From Lama guanicoe (Eukaryota), in NCBI GenBank assembly GCA_013239625.1, contig MU054308.1:107356-171355 (forward strand): DNA of 64,000 nt. The letters run 5' to 3'. Of this stretch, positions 1 through 12,988 are shown in pieces. A program made the translations under genes and the position numbers. The first letter of the stretch is position 1, and every line of letters starts with the position of its first letter. The notes under the pieces are model-generated. The model did not search any database and was not told where the DNA came from. It saw only the letters and a program-made list of their open reading frames with translations.

Positions 1-1360
1 AGTCTCTTCAGCAAATGGTGTTGGGAAAACTGGACAGCAGCATGTAAAACAATGAAGCTAGAACACACCCTTACACCATATACAAAAATCAACTCAAAAT
101 GGATTAAAGACTTAAACATAAGACAAGATACAAGGAACCTCCTAGAGGAAAACATAGGCAAAACATTATCTGACATACATTTCAAAAATTTTCTCCTAGA
201 AGAAATAAAAGCAAGAATAAACAAATGGGACATAATGAAACTTACAAGCTTTTGCACAGCAAAGGAAACCAGAAGTATAACAAGAAGAAAACCTACGGAA
301 TGGGAGAAAATTTTTGCAAGTGAAACCGACAAAGGCTTGATCTCCGAAATATATAAGCAGCCCATATGACTCAATAAGAAAAAAAGAAACAACCCAATCC
401 AAAAGTGGCAGAAGACCTAAACAAGCAGTTCTCCAAGGAAGACATACAAATGATTAAAAAGCACATGAAAAAATGCTCACTATTACTAATTATCAGAGAA
501 ATGCAAATCAAAACTACAATGAGGTATCACCTCACACCAGTCAGAATGGCCGTCATTCAAAAATCCACAAATGACAAATGCTGGAGAGGCTGTGGAGAAA
601 GGGGAACCCTACTACACTGCTGGTGGGAATGCAGTTTGGTGCAGCCACTATGGAAAACAGTGTGGTGATTCCTCAAAAGACTAGGAATAGACTTACCTTA
701 TGACCCAGGAATCCCACTCCTGGGCTTGTATCCAGAAGAACCCTACTTCAGGATGACACCTGCACCCCAATGTTCATAGCAGCACTGTTTACAATAGCCA
801 AAACATGGAAACAGCCTAAATGTCCATCAACAGGTGACTGGATAAAGAAGTAGTGGTATATTTATACAATGGAATACTACTCAGCCATAAAAACCGACAA
901 CATAATGCCACTTGCAGCAACATGGATGCTCCTGGAGAATGTCATTCTAAGTGAAGTAAGCCAGAAAGAGAAAGAAAAATACCATGTGAGATTGCTCATA
1001 TGTGGAATCTAATAAACAAAAACTAACAAACAAACAAAAACAAAGCATAAATACAGGACAGAAATAGACTCATAGACAAGAGAATACAGACTTGCTGTTG
1101 CCAAGGGGGTGGAGGGTGGGAAGGGATAGACTGGGATTTCAAAATTGTAGAATAGATAAAAAAATAGAATAGATAAACAAGATTACACTGTGTGGCACAG
1201 GGAGATATACACAAAATGTTATGATAACTCCCAGAGAAAAAAATGTGACAATGAGTGTGTATATGTCCATGAATGACTGAAAAATTGTGCTGAACACTGG
1301 AACTTGACACAAGATTTTAAAAAGTTTATAAATCAATAAAAAATGTTAAAAAAAAAAGAA
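1..1360 (+). mobile_element. LINE-1 3' portion (ORF2 C-terminus, 3' UTR, A-tail), continues beyond window start
   Basis: ORFs 52-369 and 405-668 give typical L1 ORF2 C-terminal peptides ([35 protein letters not shown]) broken by stops; AATAAA ~1336 and A-run ~1348-1357. Confidence 0.95.
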
Positions 1361-1767
1361 AGCAGCTTCTTGCTGCAGAAATGGGTATTTTCTAAGTCCA
1401 CTAACTAGAGGCAAGCACAGTGATTATTTCCAGAATGCCTTGTGTGCTTTCTTATATTTAACTGATATAACCCAACTTTAAATAAAATAATATAATACAC
1501 TTTTTTCTTCATAACATATTCTACCTTTCTGTACTTCAGTTTCAGAAAATATGTTGCATGTTCCCTATATTTTTAAGGTTTATTAGTCTTGATGACATAA
1601 ATTATTTTACTTTTTATCCTCATTGTGTTATAAACTTCTATTATTGTAGCTTATTTTCAGATGTATGATCATCCATAAATAAAGTGTGGCTAGTGTTCTA
1701 TAATTTGTGTCATATCAGTCACATAATTTATAAAGATCTCGAGGTGTTTGTAATGCTATGTTTATAG

Positions 1768-1822
1768 ATACATATGTATATACATATATATATATATATG
1801 TATATGTATATGTATATGTATA
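1768..1822. repeat. (TA)n/(TATATG)n microsatellite
   Basis: Directly visible. Confidence 0.9.
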
Positions 1823-2370
1823 GTCTCAGTAATCTTAATAACCAAAGGAAACAATAAGAAAATTATTTTAAAATGTCATTATATATAAAATAGCATTTGA
1901 TTCAATAATATTAAGTATTTCAAAAATAAAATGGTTTCATAATGAATTTGATTGATATATAAAGTTAATTTTCTTGCACTGGAAATATTCAAGAGAAAAC
2001 AAGAGACCTAATTTGAAATGTATGATAGTCGGGATTGCAAATTATAGAGTACTAGCTACATTTTCTTTGTGATGATCATGTGTTTGCAAGGTTGTGATTA
2101 TATAAATGTATTTTTTCTTATCAAGCATTGTGTAGACCGTGTTGTGTTTTGTATTTTACAATCAGTCATGCCAGAACTGTCAGGCAATGTAAGAGTCAGG
2201 CTGAAAATGTGAGGGAAGCTACTAATCTGAGGACAGAAGTACAAAAATAAGTAAGAAAATCTGGTGCAGTGTAATTGTATTGAGGAGTGATGAGATACAC
2301 TATTATGTTTTTTATCTGTACAGATTCAGCCAAACTATGATATAATAACTAATCAAACAAAGCCCTCAAT

Positions 2371-3305
2371 TCATCTTTTGCTTTCTGATGTAATTTTGAC
2401 ATGCCATAAATTTCTCATGGCATTTTTCACTTCTGCATTCCTCAGTGTGTAGATGATTAAATTCAGAAAGGATGTTCCGATAGTATAAAATACTGCCACC
2501 ATCTTGTCCATGGGGAAAGTGGTTGGGGGGGTCGTGTATACATAAATATACATGGGCCAAAGAATAAGATGACTGCAATGATGTGGGAAGTGCAATTGGA
2601 GAGAGCTTTCTTCCTCGCTTCTGCACTGTGGTTTTGCAGGGAATGGAGAATAAGAATGTAAGAGGTCATCAGAATTACATAACTGCTGGAGCAATTGGCC
2701 CCACTATTAGTTGCCAACAGCAGATTGATCACATAGGTGTCCATGCAGGCAAGTTTCAACAAAGGCTGCAAGTCACAGCAATAGTGATCAATCAGATTGG
2801 GTCCACAGAAGGGCAATCTCAAGGCCAAGACAATCTGAGCCATAGAATGTATAAAAGACCCTATCTATGCAAGAGTGACCAGGATAATGCAGACCTGGTG
2901 GCTCATGATATTTGGGTAATGCAAGGGTTTGCAGATGGCCATTTAACGGTCAACAGCCACGAGGATGAGAACAAAGTTCTCCATGCAGCCAAAGAAATGT
3001 AGTGCAAAGACTTGAGTCATGCACTCATTGTAAGATACGATTTTTTTGGCAGACAGGGCATCCACATTTAGTCTGGGGGTTGTTGAAGTTTAAAATCAGA
3101 TATTAGCCAAGGACAAATAAAATAGGAAGAAGTACGGTTGGCTCCCAAGTATCCAGCTGGACTTGATGGTCACGATAATAAACAAATTCCCCACCAAGTT
3201 TCCCACATAGAAAATGGAGAAGATTACATACACCATTTTCTGCCTCATAGGATCTGGTGTCAATCCTAAGAGTATGAACTCAGTTACACTGTTATTTGGC
3301 TGCAT
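2371..3305 (-). pseudogene. Olfactory receptor pseudogene, OR4C11-like, full length
   Basis: MQPNNSVTEFILLGL..., LPFCGPNLIDHYCCDLQPLLKLACMDT, KALSNCTSH, DKMVAVFYTIG..IYTLRNAEVKNAM match recalled human OR4C11; in-frame stops at ~3096, ~3090 and in the DRY motif (~2944, GAC CGT TAA); frameshift at G-run 2525-2531. Confidence 0.93.
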
Positions 3306-3831
3306 TGTTTCAATCAAAGTGGAGAAAGTACAGATTAAAAGTAATAAATCTGCAAAGGAAAAAATATTAAGACATGAATACTATCGTTGGATGTCAAATG
3401 CATGTGCTCATTCTTGGAACTGCCACTTTCCAGTGGGTAATCACTTACTTTCCATGTTGTTTATTCCTGAATAAAATGAAAATCATGACATTTATTCTGT
3501 GTACTTAACTGATTGCTTATGAAAACAATGATTCATTTAGATAATGAGAAAATAACTGATTCTTTGGGTATAATAAACATGACTTTAGGGGATTTGGCAT
3601 GTGGATAATTTCCTGGGAAGAATATTTTTCCCAGTTTTCAGCAAAGACCTAGTAAGATAACATGTTGCAAAAAAAAGGGAAAGTTTATGCATGACTTACC
3701 CTAATATGCTTTCACATTACTTGAACCTGCTAGGCCATTTATAAAATAACTTCTAGTAAATATTCTGAACATTCAAAGAATTATGTTTTAATATTTGATA
3801 GTTAATTTAGCTTCCTTAATTAAACCTGAAG

Positions 3832-3833
<2 letters not shown>

Positions 3834-3876
<43 letters not shown>

Positions 3877-3892
3877 CACACACACACACACA
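3834..3892. repeat. (CA)n microsatellite, about 29 units
   Basis: Directly visible, one interruption. Confidence 0.97.
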
Positions 3893-4629
3893 TAAGTGGG
3901 TGAATGGGGGGAGAGGGAGAAGTAAGTGAATGGGAGAGAAACATAGTTTTAGCAATGAACACTCAGTTGGTTCAGCACATCTTGTGATTTACTTTAATCT
4001 TTTGCCTTTGACTAAGCTGATTTCTTTTTACTTTACCTCTCAAACATTTCCAGTTGCTTACTGTTACAAGTTCAGCTTTTATCATTAAACTTTGTACTTT
4101 TAAAATCATACTGTTTTGTTCAAAGTTAAATTCTTCCCCTTATTCATTATTTTTCTGAGTCTGTCAACATTTTCTTAAAACAAAAGCAGATGCTACAGCA
4201 CAAAGATGAATAGAGTGAGAACACTTGCCAAACATCTGAATAATATTTCAACTTTTATTCCTGTTAAGCACCAGGAAATATGGAAAATCAGCTCAGGATG
4301 CCCCAAGTGATAGAAACTTCAATAGAATTGTTTGGATCTATATTCTTGAGTGTCCCAAACCCTGACTTCAGTAAGAGAAGATAGAAAAAGGAAAGAAATT
4401 ATTATTTATTCATATATACCAATGATGGGCAAATGCTTTTGTGTACTTCATCACAAATATTTTCCAAATAATACTGCAGTTAATAGCATAGCATAAGTGT
4501 CAAACTGGTAAAATATATTTATGGCATAAATACCAGAAAAAGGCATAATTTCCTCAAATATAAGTGAATTTCAGAGATCTGTCTTTTAAAACACAGCACA
4601 TGTGAATTACAGCAAAATAACTAATTTCA

Positions 4630-5350
4630 AAAGAAACATTATTAAAAATAATTAAGCATATGAAAATATGCTCAACTTCATTCTAGTTAAATAAGTTCAA
4701 ATTTAAATCCCAAACAGATATCTTTCTACACATTGAACTAACAAAGTGATCTTCTAATAAGAGTCTTTTTAATAGTGCTGAAAATGATGTGGAAAAAAAT
4801 CTCAAGGCTTTTTTGCTAGATATTTAAGTAGGAGCAGTCTTTATGAAGTGATTTCCAACATCGATGATATTACAACTGTATACAATCATAGGTCTAGTGA
4901 TTCTACTTGCTATAGATAACCTCATTCACAGGCACAAAGATAATCACTGCAGCCCCTTTTGTGGTAGCAAAAGATAGGAAACAACTTCAGTGCCTATCAG
5001 AAGTGAGCTGAATAAATCAGGGACCAACTATCACTGAATCATTCATCAACCAAAATGAAGCAGATATATATGCAACAGCTTCTAAATTACATTGTAAAGT
5101 GGAAGAGTTCAAAACTGTGTGCTTAGGATGGTGACATTTGTATCAACAGCAGAATAATGTAGATCACATATAGATACATTCATATAAATTACTTTTAGGA
5201 GTGCACCAAAATAGCATGAAATTTGTGATCTCTGAATGGGAAAATTGCATCTTGGTATCAAAGTTGGGGGATGACCCACATTTTAAAATATTCCCTTGGG
5301 TAATATTTTAATATATGTCATAATTATGCTGCATTAAAAATAAAACTTTC
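4630..5350 (+). mobile_element. Old, degraded L1 3' fragment (L1ME-like)
   Basis: aagcatatgaaaatatgctcaacttca...aaatttaaatc resembles the L1 ORF2 end; later ggaaacaact..tgcctatca 3' motifs; boundaries approximate. Confidence 0.55.
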
Positions 5351-6519
5351 AAAAACTTTATCTTAGTAAATAATTTGTTTATATTAGCATATTACTACAA
5401 CAACTATCTTCTAATGTAGGCAGTAGGGATAGTGAAATTCTTAGAGCAATATTAAGATCTAGAATTTGAATGAGAGATGGTGAGTCAGCTCAACAAATTT
5501 CAAAAAGTTTTCAAACTACGTGTTTTTCACAACTCTTCAGCAATCAGAAATGAAAACTGGTTTGCAGTTTCTAACAACTATTATGCCCTATCTTTATCCA
5601 TATACCTATCTGTATCCAGATGCAGATGGACACTGACACATTTGTATATTTCACTAACATATATATGAATGATAATGCAAGGATGGCATAACTTAGAACA
5701 AAGTAACACAAGGAAAGCGAGTTTTATCTCTTTACTGCCAAATTTAAGTTTTTACAAAAAAGTAGGTGTTTAATAGTAAATATTTGTTGCATGAATGAAT
5801 TAGGAGAATTTGCCATAAATACAATTGAATCATGTTTGACACCACTCTGTACTCAGTTACCCATTGATGAAGGAGAATTGTATTCTGCTATATATACAGC
5901 AAAATCATCATATTCATGGAGAATTTCCTGAAATTCTCAAGTAGCAATATTTCTGTTTGGTTATCTATCACACCACATCTACCAGTAGTAGTGCCTATTT
6001 CCATCAGGTGCTGTGTGCACATTTTATTCCCATCTGCTCATTCGAGATTGTAAAGCACTTATAGGTTCCCTAAAACTTCTACACTTCTTCAAGTGCCTTA
6101 GAAAACTTACCAGTTATGATAAGAGCATATGTAGAATTTAGGATGTTCACTGGGAGCCAGGATCTCTATGATCTCACAAAGAGACTTAGCTTCTGACCTC
6201 AATGCCAATCTGAGTTGATCCCAGATTCATCGCACACTTTCTGAAATCCACTCTCACACAATATTTTGACTGAAAAAAAATGCTTCTCTTTTGTCTTCCC
6301 TGAAGGACTATTTAAGTATGAATGATGCAAAATATAGGAGTCTGGGGAAAGTCATTCCCTAAAATGTGCCTTCCATTCCAATTGAAAAACAGATGTTATA
6401 AAGAACTTAACATTTAATATACATTATTAGATTATGAAAAAATAAAGGTGGCCTATGCATGCAATAAAAGATGTTCATTTGTGCAATAAATGACATATTT
6501 TGACTAGAATTAAAAACAA

Positions 6520-7360
6520 TTGTCTTCTAGTACCCAGGTCTTGTTTCCTAATACTGTCCTCCAATAAAATAAACTAGGACCTCTTAAAGAAATGGCTGAT
6601 TCTAGGTCTAGGGTAGTGAATGGACAAGATGACATGGAGCATCTTGTAGTGCTAGACAGTAAGGAATAATGAAAAGATCCACACAGTGATGATAATATGC
6701 CAGTGTGACACAGGAGCTGAGTGAATGTACCTCCAGTGGACAAAGATGGAAAGATAATTCAGCAGCAAAATAAGTAACAATGAGTTGAACTGTAACACAC
6801 AGTATAAAAGTCCATGAGTTCATAATGACATAAATAATTAAATAACTAAATAATAGGGGAGTATAGACAAATCTCACATCAAAAATAATTCCTAATAATT
6901 ATGTAGATACTCTGCTCTCAAAGAGTCATCTCTTTTTTTATTGATGGTACATAGTGACTAATTTCTAAAAGGTAGTGTGGAATGTGGGGAAAAAGTAACT
7001 ATGGAGGAGAAACATGACACTTTCTCAGCCAGGTGATCAAGGTTAGCATCAATAGTGGTAAGTCACACTGAGAGTATGTAGCTACTGATGTGTGGTGAAA
7101 AGGGTGATTTACCCCTGCAGTTTATCTCCCAATAACCCATAACCCCAGTGTGATCTTGAATAAAATATCAAACCCCAATGTAAGATTTCTGTATAAAATG
7201 TATGACTAGTATTTCTGAAAACTGTCAAGGTCATCAAAGATGAGAAAAGTCAGAGAAACTGTCACCCTTTGGAGCAGCTGAAGGAAATATGACAACTAAA
7301 AGTAATGTGGTATCCTGGATAGATTCTGGAGAAGAAAAACAGAATTATTAGTTGAAATGT
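6520..7360 (+). mobile_element. Old L1 3' UTR fragment (L1MC/L1MD-like)
   Basis: Recognisable motifs gaaatggctgattctagg, aactgtcaaggtcatcaaa, gacaactaaa..atgtggtatcctggat. Confidence 0.7.
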
Positions 7361-7509
7361 ATACTTTTTACTTTTAATACAATAATTTTTAAATACTTTT
7401 GATGCATTTAATGTACAAATTTGTTGACATCAATGAATTAGGTGTGACAAATACACCATGTGATTCAAGATTATATATAATATATTACATATATATATAT
7501 ATATATATA

Positions 7510-8372
7510 TCACATTTTTTAATCCATTGGCTGATACTTAGGTTGTTTCCATATCTTGACTATATTGAACAGTGCTGTAATCAACATGGCAGTGCAGATA
7601 TTCATTTAATTTCCTTAGATATACACCCTGAACTTGATAACTGTATCATATTGCAGTTGAAGTTTTAATTTCTTGAGGAAACTACATAGTAGTTTTAAAA
7701 GTGGCTGCATCCACTTACATTCCCACTAACAGTGTGCATGGATGGGCTCCCTTTTCTCTGTATCTTCACCAACACCTGTTACTGCTTGTCTTCTTGAAGA
7801 TACACGTTCTAACAAGTGTGAGGTGGAATCTTATTTTCATTTGCATTTTCCTGATTATTGAGGTTGAACATCTGTTTTACCTGCATGTTGGCCATTTTGA
7901 TGCCTTCCTTGGAAGAAATATCTTTTCAGGTCCTCTGCCCAGTCTTTAATTGGTTTGTTTGTTTGTTATTGCGTTTCTGTCTTTATATATTTTGGATATG
8001 AAGATACATGGTTTGTAAATATTTTCTCTCAATTTATAGGTTTTCTTTTCATTCTTTTTACTGTTTCTCTTGCTGTGCATAAGCTTTTTAGTGGATATAT
8101 TCTCATTTGTTTATTTTCACTTTTGTTGCTTGTGTTTTAATATATCCAAAAAATCATTCTCAGGACCAATGTCCAGGGGCCTCTTTCTTATGTACACTTC
8201 TAGGAGTTTATGGTGATTTGCCTTATGTTTAAATGTCTGGTCTATTTTAAATTAATATTTGTGAGTAGTTGGGTTGGGTGGAGACAAATTTATTTTTCTG
8301 CCTGTGGTTATCCAGTTTTCCCAATACCATATATTGAAGAGACATTAATTTCCCAAGTAAGCATTCTTGACT
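7510..8372 (-). mobile_element. L1 ORF2/3' fragment, antisense
   Basis: ttacattcccactaacagtgt, gtgtgaggtggaatctt..tttgcattt, ccagttttcccaataccat are reverse complements of L1 ORF2 end motifs. Confidence 0.85.
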
Positions 8373-8374
8373 TC

Positions 8375-8540
8375 CTAAATGTGATATACCACATTTATAT
8401 AATAAAATATAAAAATGATGTTATCAGATCAATAAATGCAGAAAAGATATTTGATGAAATACAACATCCTTTCATGAAAAGAAAAAAAACACTTAGCAAA
8501 TTGGGTGTAGAAAGCACATATCTCAACATAATAAAATAAA
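8375..8540 (+). mobile_element. L1 ORF2 RT-region fragment, opposite orientation to adjoining L1
   Basis: Encodes NVIYHI...SINAEKIFDEIQHPFM...TLSKLGVESTYLNIIK, similar to L1 RT SIDAEKAFDKIQHPFM. Confidence 0.85.
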
Positions 8541-8684
8541 AGTACTGTTAGTGTGTATATATAAGATGGCTGTTATTATAGAAATACAAATTTCAGTAAA
8601 TATTCATGAAAATGCATTTTCTAATGAAAATACATAGTGCATGCTAGGTTGTCTCATTTATTCAACGTTCTTTACGTGTGCCAT

Positions 8685-8862
8685 CATTTTTAACCTCATA
8701 ACAAGCCAATAAAATATGGATTATTTTCATTTCTAATTTGCACAGAAAAATTGAGGCCCAGAATTTCATCTGTATTTCCTGATGTTACAAGGCTACAAGG
8801 TGGCAGAGCCAGGATTTAGATCCATCCAGTCTGAGTCTAGAGCTCATACTCTTAATCTTTAT
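8685..8862 (-). mobile_element. MIR SINE
   Basis: ggtggcagagccaggattt...agtctgagtctagagctcatactcttaa is the reverse complement of the MIR 5' end, with core motif. Confidence 0.75.
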
Positions 8863-10043
8863 GTTCTACCACCCATCATGAAGCTAAAACAAGGACAGTG
8901 ATCACTGCATCAATTCCTGTGATCTTTGTGATCACTGCATCAATTCTTAAAGTTTCCTGTGTTTTAGGCCATTTTGCAGATGTTTGAATTATGGGATAAA
9001 GTCGAGTAGATGTGTATATTACTGACTTGGAAAACATATGGAAGTGGTTTAAAACCTTGCCTTTTTACTTAGCAAAATAACCTTAGCAAAGTAAGATTCA
9101 CTTACTTCTCTGGACTTCGGAGTTTTAATCTGTATACTTTCAATAGATGTACCTAACTTTGTACTATTTTTTTTGAGTTGAAAGCATGATAACAAAAAAG
9201 CACTTGACATATATCAGGTGCTCTACTTCTTCCTAAAATGAAAAGATAGATAGAAGTCATAGTTTCTCTTTTAGGTAAATCACTTTGGAACATAAGTGAT
9301 AACTGCAAAATTATACATTGGATGGACATTGTGTCCCAGATCGTTTTAAAAATTCATGTAATGCTCCCAGTTTTAATTTGATTTCAAGTACTTTAAACCA
9401 CATAAACTCCTAGGTTTTCTTTACCTTTATAACTTCTTCCTACTCTATTATTTTAGTTTTATATTTACAATAACAGATTAGCTTGTTTTATTTTCTTCTA
9501 TATATCTTACCTTCATTCATTCATTTCTCTGGAATGCAAATAATCATAAACCCCTGTATTGTGTGTGTGTGCATGTGGTGGTGTAATGGAGGTATAGTTA
9601 AATGAATTTATGACCAAATCATGGTATGTCCATTCTTTTATATATATATAACTCTACATATGCATGACATGCCAATTTTGAGACACCAGTTTGACACTGA
9701 ACTTTGTAATGTCCCAGAAGGAAAAAAGAATTAATAAGAAGAAAATTTAATGCCATTTTTCTGAATTTATTTGAATAAACTTTGACTGGAGACACAGTTT
9801 GAATTGGTAAGTTTGGGCCACTTAAAGTATAAGAAGACTTACACAACATTATAAACTGACTATAACTCAATAAAATTTTTTTTAAAAAAGGAAAAAATTA
9901 ACTATAAGAAGACTGTCATTCATTTTGCATGTAGACTCAAAAAGATACAACTCACAATCATAAATGATTATATGTCCTTCCCACAATAATCAGACACCCT
10001 CATGTTTGATATCTGTACAGATTCAGTCAAACTATGTTTCAAT

Positions 10044-10895
10044 TCATCTTTTGTTTTCTGATGAAGTTTTGATATGCTATAACTTTCTCATGGCATTTTT
10101 CACTTCTGCATTCATTAGCGTGTAGATGAGTGAATTGAGAAAGGATGTTCCAATAGTATAAAATACTGCCACCATCTTGCCTGTGGGGAATGTGGTTGGG
10201 GGAGTGGATATATATAAATGTACATGGACCAAAAATAAGACAACTACAGTGATGTGGGACGTGCAAGAGAGCTTTTTTTCTCCCTCTGTACTGTGCTTTT
10301 GCACTAAATGCAAGATAACTGTGTATTAAATTATCAGAATTAGAAAATTGCTTGTGCAAATGGCCCCACTATTAAACAGCACCAACAGTTTCATCACATA
10401 AATATCCATGCTTGCAAGTTTCTACAAGGGCTGCATATCACAGAATTCATCAATCAAATTGGACCCACAAAAAGGTAATCTCAAGGCCAGGTTAATCTAA
10501 AAGACCCTATCCATACAAGAACAATCAAGATGATGCAGACCTGGCAGCTCATGATACCTGGGTAACACAAGGGCTTGCAGATGGCTACATAGTAATCCAT
10601 GGCCATGAGGAGAACAAAGACCTCCATGATGCCAAATAAATGCAGTGAAAATACTTAAGTCATGCACTCATTGTAGGACATTATTTTCTTTGCAGACTGC
10701 ATCTACAATTAGTTTGGGGTCCAAGGAAGTTGAAAAGCAGGTATCAATCAAAGACAAAATAGGAAGAAGTACATGGGGAATCCCAAGTGTCCAGCTGGAC
10801 TTGCTGGTCACAGTAATAAGCAAATTTCCCAGCATGGCTCCCATATAGAAAATGAAGAAGATTACAAACACCATATTTTGCTTCTTAGAATCCTA
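10044..10895 (-). pseudogene. Second OR4C11-like pseudogene, lacking N-terminal ~18 codons
   Basis: MVFVIFFIFYMG..GNLLITVT.KSS, ICKPL, FCGSNLIDEFCDMQPL, KMVAVFYTIG..IYTLMNAEVKNAM; several deletions/frameshifts and a TAG at 10077; 3' flank (atctgtacagattcag.caaactatg) shared with the first copy. Confidence 0.9.
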
Positions 10896-11127
10896 TTCAC
10901 ATTCATAAAATGAAGAAATCTGGCTAAGAGCAGGGAGAATATCAAGGCAAGAAATTTGTTCATATGATGACATCCTCAGTTTCAATTTCTTTCTTAATCA
11001 TACTTTAAGCAGGAGGTGAAACAAATTGTGGTTTCTCAAAGAAATATAGCTAGAATTCTTCACAGAGTCTGAAAAAGATAAAGGTAGAAAAAGTGTCCTA
11101 GTCTCCAGCAGTAATTTTTTGCTCTGT

Positions 11128-11520
11128 ATTTTTTTAAATTGAGGTCTCATCAGTATATAATGTGTCAATTTCTGGTGTACAGCATAATGTTTCAATCATA
11201 CACACACACACATATATATATATTTGTTATCTTATTCTTTTTCATTATAGGTTACTGTAAGATATTGAATATAGTTCCTTGCTCTTAGACAGTAGAAACT
11301 TAACTTTAATTTTTATGTATTTATTAGTATCTGCAAATCTTGAACTCCCAATTTATCCCTTTTCACCACCTTTCCTCCACTGGTAACCCTAAGTTTGTTT
11401 TCTGTATCTGTAGTATGTTTCTGTTTTGTAAATAAGTTCATTTGTGTCTTTTTTCCTTTTTTTTAGATTCCATATATGAGTGATATCATATGGTATTTTT
11501 CTTTCTCTATCTTACTTAGA
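11128..11520 (-). mobile_element. L1 3' UTR fragment (artiodactyl type)
   Basis: T-run then tttctggtgtacagcata, aagatattgaatatagttcc, tagattccatatatgagtgatatcatatggtattt. Confidence 0.85.
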
Positions 11521-12119
11521 ATGTATTTTATTAAATTTATTCATCATGCATTATATCTGCCTTTATTAATTCAGCATTTTTTGTGAACCAGACATTGTGC
11601 TACTTGTAGAAACTACTATTATCAAGTAGGTAAGTACTTTATGGGGTATGACTATTTATTTATGTTATAAATTGAAATTCATGCCTCATATTAAAATATT
11701 ATTTTACTTGAACCACTACTTTTTCTGATGGGTTATCAGCATAAGATGGTGAAATGAGTGATAGAAAATGATTCTGAATGCTACAAAGAAATTTGGAAAT
11801 GTGGTGTAATATGCTTTACTACCCATTGGAGGTTAAATGGTCCACTGCATTTATACTCTTAAAGTGGTTACATCCTACAGTGTTACAGTCAACACACGAC
11901 TATCAAGTATAATGTATTAAAATGGGCAAAGTTATTAATACAAAGTTTTAGAATTTAGTTATATGTAATAAACTAATTTATATATTAGTATAATAATTAT
12001 GCATACAACTAAGTATGTAACATATACATACATGCATTATATATTCCAGCACAGTCCTATCTCAATAAATGGTAAATAGTATAATTGCACTACCTTTCTA
12101 TCTTATTGCCTGGCAGTGT

Positions 12120-12290
12120 ATGACAGTGGCATAAGAACATGGTCTGAGGGGTCTGTTAGATTCTGGTTACTGGTTCTTTAATATTTCTGTTCTGGAACTT
12201 TCCCCCTTGTGTTTGTTTCCTGACCTGCAAAATGGAGATAATAGCAGTGCCTACTTTGGATTGTTATAAAGATTATTGTTCAATAACAAG
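12120..12290 (+). mobile_element. MIR SINE (degraded)
   Basis: Core motif gtttcctgacctgcaaaatggagataatagcagtgcctac. Confidence 0.6.
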
Positions 12291-12580
12291 ATGTTTTTAT
12301 TTTATTTTATTTTATTACAATGAAAGCTTACTAATCAATGTACATTAAAGAAACAAGTAATATTAAGCCCCAATCTACTAGAATGTTTCAAGCAAAGTTT
12401 AGTCCTGGGCTAGGTGTTTCTCCCTTTTCTTGCATCCATTTCTTATCCCCTCCATGCAGAATCAATGATTTTTAGTGGTTAATTTTTGTCTTTATCTCAT
12501 AGATATTCTTTGCTGAAATCCCCAATAACATCCTTTTGATCTTTTCATCAGTTGAATGAACATTGGACTCCACACATATT

Positions 12581-12983
12581 TTATTGATAACCTGAAATTA
12601 CTTTCCTACTACATAATTTCCTAAAGGCATTTTACATCTGGTCATTTCTCAAGGTATAGATTAAAGGATTTAACATGGGAGTTATCATCGTGTAGAACAC
12701 AGCAACTGCTTTATCAATAGGCAAAGTAGCTGCAGGTCTCAGAAACACAAATGTGCAGGCCCAAAAAAGAAGACAACTGCTGTGATGTGGGAGACAAAGG
12801 TAGAGAGGGCTTTGTGTCCCGGCTCCAAGCTATGTGTACTTAGGGAGTACAGAATGACTATATAGGAACCAATCAAGAGACGGAAGTTTCACAGACACAT
12901 GAACCCACTGTTTGCAGCAACAAAAAGTCCTAAAACATGGCTATCAAAGCAGACGAGATTGAATAAAGGATTCAAATCACATA
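12581..12983 (-). pseudogene. OR4C46/OR4C13-like olfactory receptor, 3' fragment only, cut by the satellite array
   Basis: Hand translation: [44 protein letters not shown]..(fs)..RPAATLPIDKAVAVFYTMITPMLNPLIYTLRNDQM*NAFRKLCSRKVISGYQ*; absent from the ORF track. Confidence 0.9.
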
Positions 12984-12988
12984 TTCTG

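Noticed and set aside
8898..8946. Short direct repeat gtgatcactgcatcaattc x2
   Set aside because: Simple local slippage duplication with no further structure
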